Source: Chlorokybus atmophyticus (lineage: Eukaryota; Plantae; Mesostigma and Chlorokybus algae). Taken from it: 64,000 nt of DNA. The stretch spans positions 1-64,000 of the forward strand of contig RHPI01001292.1 of assembly GCA_009103225.1 (NCBI GenBank). Direction: 5' to 3'. Below the pieces are notes generated by a model. It saw nothing but the letters and a program-made list of their open reading frames with translations. It did not search any database and was not told the origin of the DNA. This document shows, piece after piece, positions 1 through 11,088 of the stretch (the stretch's first letter is position 1; the number at the start of each line of letters is the position of its first letter). The translations under genes were made by a program, and so were the position numbers.

Positions 1-2330
1 CCTCCGGTGGCACTTCATGCATAGGCCACGACCACTGTTCGGTGCTTGCAGGCTTGAGGAGCCAAAAGTGTGCTTCTGGCTCATCTGGAGCAGTGTTGCC
101 CACCACCAGGACTGAGTTGGGGGCTTCTTTATTTCCAACCCAAACTGCGCTGCCGGTCTGTGGCACCCACTCCCCATGCTCGCGCTGAACGGTCACGCAG
201 CCAATCAACAAGCCCAGCTTGTTGGCAAACATGGTCATCTGCAGGTGCTCGACGTACACATCTTTTCTCCGCACGATCTGTCGCACCTTGGCCATGGCTA
301 GGTCAATGTTGCAGTTGATATCAGCCAACATGGTCGCAGGCAGTTTGTCGTAATACTGCGCCATCTCTCCCGCGGCACCAGTGGCTCTGCAGAAGTCTAG
401 GATTCTGCTCGCCACGCCTGCATCGACAGCCTTGGCGGTGATTTTGCGGAGAGTGTGCCCCCTGCCGTCGTCGTCCATGGTGTCCAGCATGGCCCAAAAT
501 CTGCTCGAGCTGGGGCACTTGTGATCATCCAGGACACTTTGCGCTATGGATGGCCTGGCGCGAAATACACAATGGTAGAAGCAGTTACCATCCGTTGGCG
601 CATTGAAGTGGTCTCATGAGGCGAGCTGGCCACCTAGCATGACTGATGTCCGTATGCGGGTTGCGGCCAGCTCCTCTGATGACTCGCTGGCAGTTGGTGA
701 CCCCTGCTGCATGCGCATACAGCACTCACATGGTGTGTCCAACTGTGGACGGCAAGAGTCACAGTGACTGATAAAGTACCTGAGTTTGGGGCAGACTGCC
801 GGCTTCAACTTGCAGCGGGTGGGGTAAGGTAGGTGCAGAAGCCACATCGGTTGTTGCATTGTGCTGTGGTCTCGCCGGTGGCGGCAAGAAGGATTGTTGC
901 CCCGCAATCACCGGTGCTGCTCGTGGAGGAGATGGCAGTGCACGAAGGACTGGTGCCGCGGAAGGTGGTTGCGCTCTGGCTGGGAGGGGAGCAGGAGCTG
1001 CAGGTGAGACCACTTGTGCATGCAGCAAGGGGGGCTGTATACAGGACCCAGGATAAGATGGCTCACAATGTTGCAAAGGACGAATATAAGCTTATGCAGT
1101 GCCTGACGCATTGTTACCAAGGCACGAGCATAAAAGACAGCGACTTACCTCAATGGCCCGTGGGCTGCATGGAGCAGGGGAAGCCATGGGGGCTGACAAG
1201 GTGGTATTGGCTGCACTCTCCCCGCCACCCTCAATGGCAGACTCGTCACGGAGCTCTTGAGCCATGGGCACATCATGCGCCACTGCCCCAATGGACATGT
1301 CGGGATTCAACAGGCCAACATGCATGTTAAACTGATGCCGCATTGCCGCCGCGCCCATCAGCAAGTGGGATTGAAGGACCAGTTGATGGGATTGAATCCA
1401 GGCTTGCATAGGAGCTCCAACAGGACTTAGTGCACTGTGGTGCTGTCAACCAATCACATGTGGGTTAGCTGCATGCTTGCGACACTGCAATTGCAATAGT
1501 CAACTGCGTCACACCGTCATCAGTTGGTTGCTTCGAACAGTCACCTGCGGCATTGCTGGTTGATGCACGAATGATTGCATGGACTGCGTCATTGCTGGTT
1601 GATGCACTATTGGTTGAATGCCGGACGAATGGCCACGCGCTCCTGTGCTCAAACCCAGCCTACTTCGTTCGGCACGCGCGCGCGACTTCGCACGCTCACG
1701 CACATCCTAGCATGGAAAGGTAGGCATGCATTGGAGCCGACATTGCAGTCAACATGCACAGCGAGATTGGCAACAACATACCGCCGCCCAGCTCTGTCTA
1801 TCTGCTCTTGCTTCCGCAATGTCGGCTTGACTGTAGGGTGGGTATGGGTGAATAGTGGAGGCCTGCAGCCACGCTACATATATCACATGGACTGCGCTAA
1901 AAAACAAATTGCTCTTGCAAGGAAATGCATGTGACTGTTGAGCGTACCTCTGCATTCCTTTGTGCTTGTTCCCACAGCCGCAACTGGTCCCGCATGGTTC
2001 TGACAAGGGGCTCCAAGGACTGCAGCTCCTGATCCACTCCCTGTTGCAGAAAGCGAGCCACCAAGCAGCTCTCTGTGTGAAGATGGTCTTTAATGGCTTG
2101 CCTGCTGGTTTGTCCAATGTTGGTGATGCATGTTGGACAGCCCCATTGCTGACGCCTGCCATGATCCATGACGTGGCGACCGGTAGTAGCTGGCTTCGCT
2201 GCTTGAACTCTTACGACCACAACTTCTCGCAAGATGTGCCACGCCGCCGCCGCCGCCGCCGCCTCCTCCGACTCCTGGTCCTCCGCCTCCTAGTCGAACC
2301 CAGGCCCATCAAGCCTGACATTCGACCCGT
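1..2330 (-). pseudogene. Degraded multi-exon gene ending in an OTU-like cysteine protease domain (domain at about 50-613; gene runs off the window start); probably TE-borne
   Basis: The minus frame not reported in the ORF track reads DHFNAPTDGNCFYHCVFRA...YVEHLQMTMFANKLGLLIGCV...WWWATLLQMSQKHTFGLL, i.e. the OTU D-G-N-C motif plus a downstream His. An in-frame TGA lies at 614-616. P/A-rich and acidic exon-like segments continue upstream to about 2330. Confidence 0.7.
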
Positions 2331-2421
2331 CATCGACCTGGTGCCCCTGCGTGCCATCATCCGGCCATCAATGAAGCGTGTTTGGGTGAGTGCATGCTAA
2401 CTCCCATTTGGGCTGATCGAG

Positions 2422-2625
2422 CAATGGCTCTGTCGTACCATGGATGGTACGACAGAGCCATTGTACGGCAATCGCTGGGGTTGGACGAGAGATGCCTCTG
2501 TCGTACCATAAATGTTACGACACAACCATTGGTAACAATGGTTGTACGAAGCATGCATGGCACGAATGCATAAGTCGTACCATCAACCATAGGAGCAAGG
2601 ACGCACTACAAGTGCGACTCTAGTG
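2422..2625. repeat. Palindromic/subterminal motif cluster (GTCGTACCAT in both orientations) ending at a CACTA...TAGTG motif
   Basis: Perfect hairpin with 20-bp arms at 2422-2463. Further GTCGTACCAT copies at about 2500 and 2575. A 10-bp-arm hairpin at about 2522-2545. CACTACAAG at 2604 and TAGTG at 2621-2625. Confidence 0.8.
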
Positions 2626-2765
2626 CGGGACTCTAGACGTTCAAAACCGCCTCATTTTCGTTTTCGCGCCTCATACATTCGGGCGGGCCAACCGGCGGCG
2701 GCAGCGTTGGAGGCGGCAGCGCCACTTACAGCTAAACAGGCGGCACCCGACTATCAGTTGGAGAG

Positions 2766-4593
2766 ATGCCTCGTGGTCCATCCGTAAGTGCACCTCGTCG
2801 TGGAGGTCGGCGCCAGTTGTCCACATTGCCCCCAGTGTTCAACCAGGCAACCGTCGCCAACCAATCGCAGCAAGACCCCGCGCTAACGCCCAGCACATCA
2901 CAACAACTCCACCTGACACCGCAGTCGCAAGGGCAAGCTAGACTGCATGCGTTCTTGATGCACTGTGCACGTTGCTTCTTGCTCAACTTCTAACTTGGAT
3001 GCTTGCTTCTATCATGACTAGCACAGTGACTCACTGCATGCGTTCTGGATACACTGTGCACGTTGTTCTTCTTTTGCAACTGCGAGGGTTGCATCTTTCG
3101 TGGCTGGCAGCATGACTCATGTGGTTGTGCTTGCAGAGGGTCGATTGGAACCCCAAACCCAAACGCATTTGGCCGTGACGTGGCAACCTCGGCCGTCAGC
3201 AACCCTTCCCTAAGTAAGTGGAAGATTGGCAACGAGGTAAGCACTGTGTGACACTGTGACACTGTGTGTATGTGTGTAACGGATTGTTCTTCTGTGGACA
3301 GCATTTACGAGATGCCGCCGTTGAAATCATAAACGGCCACTGGGTAGAGAGCCACGTTTATCCCAAGGAGGACACTATTCGTAACGTCATGTGTCAGGTG
3401 CTGTTAATGCTTCATGACCGCACTGCACCGTGACACTGACCAACCTGCCCGTGATAGGTAGTTGGCTTCGACCATGACGACGAGGCCGATGCGGCCAAGT
3501 TCTATGAGGTGTACTGGACTCCAAAGAAGTGCCCCTTCCACTGGAGTGTCGCCCTGAAGAAAGCTACGCAGGTCCGGTCTGAGAACGTCACCAAGATCAA
3601 GCATGTCCTTGAGAAGGAGTACAAGTGGACACTGTTTAACAGCAACAAGCGCAAGTGAGTTGGGTCCCTCACCACCATGTCTGCTATGCAACACTGCCTT
3701 CTTACTCAGCCTCCATACACACGTACTCATCTCGCCTATTGTAACCGATTCAATCAGGCACATCGACGCCCTAATGGACCCCGAGACCCAAAAAGCCCAG
3801 ATGCGCAACGCGCTCCAAAGTAAGTCACAGGCACTATTCTAGCCTGGTGCAGGCTCAACTTGAACTATCTATTTCGTGACTAATGCCTTGTCGGTATGAC
3901 TGTCGCAGACAAGTCATGGCGGAGATTTGAGGTGACCGACACTGCAGACCCGGAGCGGAGGAGATACATCCATGAATGGGGCAATCCCATAATCTGGCAA
4001 ATGATCGTGCAATGCTGGTCTTACGCCGTCACTACACCTGGTCGCCGGCAGCTGACAGTCAACCACCTCGCATACCTGTTGCTTACGGTGAGCACTCTGA
4101 ACTCCATCATTAGCGATTCAGGAACGCTGTAGCCCCAAACTACAGGCTTGCAGACGCGTTGCAGATCATAGTGGCTTTCGATGCCACTAAGACATGCCTG
4201 TAAACTACGCAGGTGGAGCGCATCCTAAAGGGCAAGGATGGAGACCCTCTCCTAGCTGCCAGCATAGACACACATGAAGAGTACCTCAGCGAAATCAACA
4301 CCATGATCATGTCAATGAAGCGGGAGATGAGGCAACGGTACGCAGCCCTCCAGCCATTCACCCTTGTGAAACGCCGCACTGCATCTTGTGTCGAATACCT
4401 GAAAGATCCCAATCGGCGCCGGCCGCAAGAGACAGCAGCTCGTGACCCACTCGCTGAGGCAGAAGCGGCATTTGATTGGCTGGCACAACCGTTTGAGGAG
4501 GAAGAGCAAGCTCCGGCGTCTCCTCCACAGGCCCCAGCGCGTGGTGCTTTGTTCCGTAATGACGAGACCAGCGATGATGGAGAGGAGCTGTAG
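2766..4593 (+). CDS. Multi-exon gene of unknown function, likely a transposon accessory protein of the adjacent CACTA-like element
   Basis: A chain of protein-like segments bounded by GT/AG: MPRGPS..., LRDAAVEIINGHWVESHVYP, VVGFDHDDEADAAKFYEVYW, DKSWRRFEV...LTVNHLAYLLLT, VERILKG...DGEEL*. Most exon phases were not checked. Confidence 0.6.
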
Positions 4594-4974
4594 CGCAGTT
4601 GGTAGTCCGTTTAGCTGGTAGTGTACATAGCTACAAGGCTCTTGTGACTGAGTGTTGTGCATCTTAAACCAGCTCAGTCAATCGTCATTATGCTCATGCA
4701 CATCAATACTTGCATCCCTATGATATACAACAGAACTGCATTCGAGTCACATAATCGAACTACAAGCCTTGGCAAGTGACTGAGAGACACTGTACACATT
4801 TCAGGTACATGTACACAGCACAGGCACATAACAATGCTGGAAGTCAGTGACAGTCGCGTGTAGTCAAGCTATGCAAATACATATGACGACAGTTAGGCAT
4901 TGGTCACCTTCAGTTGTTAAAGAATGCCTTATTTTGTCGATAATTACCTAGTTGGTGCTTGTGAATTAGGCTTA

Positions 4975-5292
4975 GTCGCCTGCGCTGGACTGGTGTGTAA
5001 CCTGCAGGTGCCTGTCACATAGGCTGAGTCACCTAAGTAAGACTGATGTGTAACTTACAGGTGCCCGTTGATTAGTTGTAGTCACCTAATAAGGCCTGAT
5101 GTGTAACTAACAGTTGCCTGTAAATTACACAAAGTCATTTGTTAAGGCCTGGTGTGTGACTAACAGGTGCCTGTTAATTCTATAAAGTCACCTGATAGAG
5201 CCTGATAGGTAACTAACAGGCGCCTGTTAGTTAGGCAAAGTCAACTGTTAAAGACTAAATTGTAACAACAAAGGGCCTTACAGTAACGAAAG
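4975..5292. repeat. 53-bp tandem repeat, 6 copies plus a degenerate seventh upstream
   Basis: GTC(A/G) unit starts at 4975, 5028, 5081, 5134, 5187 and 5240. Consensus core is GTCACCT..TAAG.CCTGATGTGTAACTAACAGGTGCCTGT. Confidence 0.95.
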
Positions 5293-5357
5293 TTACTATT
5301 AGGTCCCTGTATCAAGATTACAGGTGGCCTGAGCCACGACAGTCTAAATTAGCGTCC

Positions 5358-5582
5358 TCAGGTGCACGGCCGTTGCCAATATTTAGTCGGCCGGCAGGGA
5401 AAACATATTGCGACGTCTTTTTCCCTGAGCTCGCTCTCCTTCTGCAAGTCCTTTTGCAAGATATAGTGGTCTTGTCGCAACGTGACGACAATAGTGGTCA
5501 TTGCGACAATAGCTATAGCCGCAGACCCCACAACTGTCAGCAACGGCGAGTATCGCCGACCCCACTGAGCAGCGTCCTCCAA
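5358..5582 (-). CDS. Small ORF with one hydrophobic helix and a charged coiled segment; possible captured gene fragment
   Basis: 74 aa: LLTVVGSAAIAIVAMTTIVVTL followed by LQKDLQKESELREKD. Confidence 0.3.
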   Translation of the reverse strand: MEDAAQWGRRYSPLLTVVGSAAIAIVAMTTIVVTLRQDHYILQKDLQKESELREKDVAICFPCRPTKYWQRPCT

Positions 5583-5949
5583 GTTGGTACGCAGGACGCC
5601 CTGCGATGAGAGTTAGCTATGCCATGAATTAGAACAATGACATGTGCGTAAAGGCACTCACATTTGGGGCGGGTTCGGTGGACATGTCACGGCGAGATCC
5701 CGGTCGTTGCACCTTGCAAGTCACAAAACGGCAGAAGCGAAGAGCGAACGCCCGCGCTGACGCCGCCATCGCCGCCGCTACTGCTTTAAGCTGGTTTTAG
5801 GTTTTAATGAATATGTTATATACTTATAACCTGGGTAACTATATATGCATATAACGGACGGATCATCACCAGCCGCCCGCCTCCCGCCATGCTTGCGACA
5901 CAATTCAGTGAGTGCTGCACGCATGCAGTGCACGTTTATCCCCCTTAAG

Positions 5950-8900
5950 ATGTGTGTACGAATTCTTCCACACTCCATCCAGACGAGTTGGCATTCTCAA
6001 ATTATGGCATGCTTGGGCTAGTTTCACACACAAGGTATTTTGGGTCAGGGTGCTGGCTGATATCCACCAGCAGTCTACTGGCTGACCAAAGAGATTGTTG
6101 TCGTTGGTAGTAACATACATGTTGGCGTTTACACACGTGGCATTGATTGATTGTTACAGTACAAAATATTTAGACTGCAAGGTCATCGATGCCCAATTTA
6201 TCGGCATACCCTGTGTTCTATTTTATATGGACCCTAGGTGTAGATGGCACAGGACAAGACATCTGACCTCGCAAGACTTGGCCTCCTTTTTATCATATCA
6301 TTGCAGGCTGACATAGCGTTAGGGTTTTCCCTTTTGCGATATGTCAGCATGCATCCTGTGTACAATCGCTTGGCGACACATATGGTGGTAGGAGGTTGAG
6401 ATGGCGGCGGACAGCGGAGCGTGCCATGTGAAGAAAATGTGAATGCACCTTTTCCCTGATCCCTGTTGTTGTCGTTGGTGACTCTGAGGAGTACACAGCC
6501 CCGGCCTTGGCGAATATGAGGTCAATGATGAATTAGCTTATTGTTGCTGAACGAATTAGCAAGCGTGAGCTAATCAGACACATCCCAATTACGGTTGATA
6601 ATTTATATGGTACACGAGAATTGTTGCAAGTCCATTTGAGAGAGGACGGTCTACTTGAGAGAAGACCATTGCAATGTGAGATAGGCCAGTTTGAGATGGA
6701 GGCCTCGTCGCTTTCCGGCGTTGTCTCCTCAAAGCCACTCAGCACCAAGTGCCCCGGCGTGCTGAGCAGGGTGAAGATACTATGGGGACACTTACTGACC
6801 TCTTTAATGTAAAATTCGCTACTTCTGCCGCCATCCCTCAGCAGAGAGAGCAGCAAATGATGTGTATGACCACGTGTGCATACTATCCACTAGTAGTGGA
6901 CTCGCGCGATGGTCGAAACCGAAAAGAAGAATGAATGGAGTGCGGAATCATTGGAAAATCTCCACGCTGGTGGTTGTGGCATTTGTATACTCTAACCCTT
7001 GCCGCGACTTGATCTATGAAACGATGCACCTGTTGCTGGAGGAGCTTTGCAAGAGTTTGGTGCACAATACTCTTGGTGCAAACAGTTCAAAGCATGTCGA
7101 AGACATTGCCAAGGTAGAGCGCAGGCTGTCCCATATACGTATATCACGCCCCATGGACTTGAAGAGCAAACGTTTCCCAAGAGGCATCAGCAAGCACCTG
7201 GCTTGGTTCAAGGCCCAAGATTTGCAAATGTTCGTGCAATATGTCGTGCCGTACGCTGTGTCCGATCCGCTAGACGGATCAACCAGGGACATCAGCTTTG
7301 CAATTCACTTGCTAATTCAAATCTTCCACAACTCTCGCCTATATGGATGGACTGCGGAGCTATTAGATTTTGCTGGCGCTCTTATAAGTTATTGGAAGGT
7401 CTACTCGGAGGACCTGTTTGGCACCAATAAAAGGCCCAACGAGCATGTGGCCGGTGCCGGTCACATTCTAGAGGGCAATGTTTGGCACGGTAGTCATGAT
7501 GTGTACCGGTGTTTTGTGCAAGAGTGCACTGAGTCCAACTACGTCCACACCTTCACCAACGGCAAGCAGTTTGAGATCAGCTACATGCGGCGTACACTAA
7601 GGAGATGGTTTATGAGGACGCTCAACGTCATGCGAGAAGATCAGCGGACTGGAAAGCTTTTGTGCCACCGAGCTAATGATATCATGGCAGACTCTCAGCA
7701 GGTTTACCAGCCTCTAAGTGAAGCATGTAGTGACTGTCATTACCAAGTGCGCACTCAGAAGCATGCAATGGAGCTCTAGACCCTTGTTGAGAAATTCCCA
7801 GACTTGGAGCATGTGCGACTAATCAAAGAAGGGCATCCTTATTTGCAGCACCAGGAAGCCTGTCCCTCTTCAAACATCCTTGGCCTTGAAAATCAAACGC
7901 GTTGAGAACATCACTGGCAACTTGCGCAGAGACATACGCAAGTTCCGCGCACATCTTCGTAACGGGGTCATCTACAGGTGTGGTTTAATCTACAAATTAT
8001 GCATTCCATTGCTGCGACCTGAAGTCTCATAGACACTGTCAAGTGTCTACGACATATGCATCCCATTGCTGAGACTTAAAGACTCATATACACTGGACAG
8101 TGCCTATGAGTTATGCATCTATTGCTGTGACCTCAAGTCTCATATGCACCGTCTTGTGTCTACAACTTATGCATTTCATTGATGTGACCTAAAGACTCAT
8201 CTACACTGAATAATGCCTATGAATTATGCATTCCATTCTTGTAACCTGAAGTCTTATAGGCACTGTCCACCTTTTGGTACACATTGAGTAAGTTGGTATT
8301 GGCACTGGCAGACGCAGATGCATTCATAACGAGAAGATGGCGCACCTGACTGTCGCACCATGCTGGGTGGATAAGATCTACCTTTCCAAGTGACGAAAGT
8401 CAACATCGGTGGAGACCAGCTGCAACGCAAACTCTGGGTGGTACTCAACTGTGATCTAGCAAATCATTGATTGGCGTACGACTATGACAGTGTTGAGAGT
8501 CACTGCCGACAGCCCCTTGCCAGTGTGGCCAGGAAAGGGGGATGTTGTGGAGATGCGGCACAATAGCAAGTCCATTTTAGACTTTAGACTTCCGCACGAG
8601 CCCCCAGATGAAGATTTTAATGACCCACCCCCTTGGGTTGTTGTGGTCATCCAGGTGCGATTCGATGTTAAGTGGTAGTCGACTACCTAAGGTAGTCGAC
8701 TACCATTTAAGAGAAGGCTTGGGGGAGGAGGCAAGGCGTATGGGTGGTTGACACAGCTGCGAGCGACCATGTTGAGGACCCTTTCTCAGCCATAACAAAG
8801 CTCAGCTGGCCAAGGCATGGGAGCAGCAGAAGCAGCTTTGCATGGTGTGAGAGGGGTAGAAGATGATGGACGGTTAGGCGAACGAAATTCAACAACGCAT

Positions 8901-8950
8901 GTATGGGCAACCAGGACAGCAGGCGGCAAGTGAGTATGTTTGCACTTACA
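5950..8950 (+). pseudogene. EnSpm/CACTA (CMC-superfamily) transposase, degraded
   Basis: ORF 6862-7779 contains ETMHLLL (D.MH motif), RFPRGISKHLAWFKAQDLQMFVQYVVP and EDLFGTNKRPNEHV..HI...NVWHG. These match the R.PR..WKA.E..F / LYG..N.H.L.HL..V..GP pattern of EnSpm-type transposases. Flanking parts are broken by stops and frameshifts. Confidence 0.75.
7998..8268. repeat. 57-bp tandem repeat (about 4.8 copies) with alternating A/B subunits, probably intronic
   Basis: TATGCAT starts at 7998, 8055, 8112, 8168 and 8225. Units 1/3/5 carry AAGTCT and units 2/4 carry AAAGACTCAT...TGCCTATGA. Confidence 0.92.
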
Positions 8951-9220
8951 TTCACGTGTTTGTGAAGTGCGTGTGTTTATATCTGCGTTATACTAGTTGG
9001 GAGAATTGCAGCGTGCGATGGCCGAGCAAGCATGGCAAGCAGTGAACATGTAATTGCAATATATAACTAGATATAGGTACGCGCATGTGCTCTGCAGGCT
9101 ATGTACACTGAATGGTTGCCTATAATCCTAGCCTGCAGCTGGACTATGTGCCTAACCTACAACCAGAAGTAAGTACTACTCACTCAGTCTATAAGCCTGC
9201 ATTAAATAGCTGCATATTAG

Positions 9221-9252
9221 GGTGGTGGTGGTGGTGGTGGTGGTGGTGGTGG
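9221..9252. repeat. (GGT)n microsatellite
   Basis: Direct reading of the sequence. Confidence 0.95.
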
Positions 9253-9461
9253 GTGTCTGCTCAAATGGTAGCCGACTAGGTTATGATGAATGGCTTTGGT
9301 GTGGGTTTAGTGTGGGCTCAGGTGCATAACTTCCCGTTGTGCTGCAATGAGGTGTGGATATGATCTGTTTGCCATGTTTTGATCTAATTAAAGTGTGAGG
9401 CCCGGCTGCAGAGCCTCAAACGCCTCCAAAGTGTCGGCGTACAAAGGGAGCCCATTCTCCG

Positions 9462-10370
9462 CTAGCCGTTGATTAATGTCACGGAGGTTATGGTGCGCTG
9501 TGTTTCGGAGCACAACACACAGTGCAGCATGATCACTGTCCCAAGTGTCTTGCATTGCTTAATCGTTCCTCTGCGCCCAAGCATTGCAAGCTTGTGTGCA
9601 GACCGCAAGCTCTGCAGCAATGAGCTGTTGCCAACCGCGCAAGTACTGTTATATATGCGCTGGGTAGTCTGCACTCCTCCTCCTCCACTCACTCTGCACG
9701 CGCGCCGGGACTTTCAGCCGGGAAGTCCTCTACCACAACCCGCATCCACTCATGAACTAGCACGCCTTCCATGTGGAATTGTTGTTTTGCCACTAGTTCC
9801 AAGTCATCTTCTACTAAGTTTGTAACCCGCCTATCAAGTTGATTGCTCTCCCTTTGCTGTTCAATGATTTTCTCCTGCAATTTAGTTTTTGGCGGTAGTG
9901 CGGACGTGGAGGGAGCATCTAGTACAGCCAAGCGCCGCTTTGTATCTTCGAGCTACTTCTGTGTTTGAATGAGCTGTTTATGGATGACATTAACAGCGCC
10001 CGTGTCTGCGATTGGCAGGCAGTTTCGATTTTGCTATGTCGAGCTCATTCTGTGTGTTACTAAAAAGTTCAAGGGTCATAGCACATGTCTTCTTACATTC
10101 GTTGAGTTGAGCTCGTCTTCAACGCCGGGTTCGCTATGGTTGCAGGTATCCTATTATCCGCAATCAGCCGCCGCCTAGCCTCCTTTGTTTTGCTCAACAC
10201 CCTTAGCAAGCGGTCCCTCTCATCACTCAGGAAGTCAATGTCTACTTACAGCTTGCGCCTGGCCTCCTGCTGAGTGACCTGCTTCTTGAGCTGTTCTTTA
10301 AAATCGTCCACTGCTGAACGAAGGCTGTGCCTAGCCTCATCGGATTGGCGCAGGCCGTCACCAATTTAAG
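9462..10370 (-). CDS. Multi-exon coiled-coil-like gene downstream of the Plavaka transposase; probable TE accessory gene
   Basis: Exon-like segments with GT donors: IGDGLRQSDEARHSLRSAVDDFKEQLKKQ, IDFLSDERDRLLRVLSKTKEARRRL, AVLDAPSTSALPPKTKLQEKIIEQQRES. Confidence 0.45.
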
Positions 10371-11088
10371 GGTGCGTGGATTCAACACGGATAACCACAT
10401 TACATCCACACCACCCATGGATTTAATGCGGAGCGATATGCAATTCATAGCAACGCAACATATATTTCATACAACACCACATCAATATAAATAAGTGTCA
10501 AGTAATGCTATAATTTGCATTGCATACTGATTACATATCACATTCGCATAGCATCAAATACCTACAGCATGTGTAGAATTGATATTGATCACTGTTGCTT
10601 GACATGTGCCTTGCAGTATCCGCATTGACTTGTTAAGCATTCAATGCCAATCAATGTGGTCAACTTCATTCAATATAATGCAACTTCTACAATTGACGAC
10701 ATTTACATTGATATCAATGATCGTAACGATATATATATAAATCTTAGATTATGACTGGCGTTGTGCGCTGCGGGTGGTGGCGGCCTGATTTGATCCGGAA
10801 TAGGCTACTGTAAGACCTAGACGGCATTGCCAACTTAGGCATAATGAATGTTGGTTTGAGCAATAATTTGTACGGTGGTCACTGCCGCCTCAGGCTGTAA
10901 TTACATCCAATAATAGGCCCGTGAACTTACATATTGGTACTCAACTAGTACATGGTTAGCATGGTGAATGACAGAGTGAAAATTGCTTGTATACAGAGGA
11001 AGCCGTCAAGCTTTTCATGTGTTTGCAAGCAATATGCTAGCAGCAAACTAAATTAAGGAATATCACTACCTTGCTCTAGCCATTGGAT

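Noticed and set aside
4975-5292. CRISPR-like appearance of the conserved/variable 53-bp array
   Set aside because: The variable parts are short and related to one another, there are no cas genes, and the context is a eukaryotic TE.
10242-10448. SMGGVD resembling the piggyBac YN..MGGVD motif
   Set aside because: No other piggyBac motifs are present, and a different frame with proper splice donors is the more protein-like one.
10450-10740. Homology with the AT-rich ATCAAT-rich region at 49840-50100
   Set aside because: Only about 10-bp matches, expected from base composition.
2604-11000. Complete CACTA element with paired TIRs
   Set aside because: No matching CTTGTAGTG right end or 3-bp TSD was found by eye.
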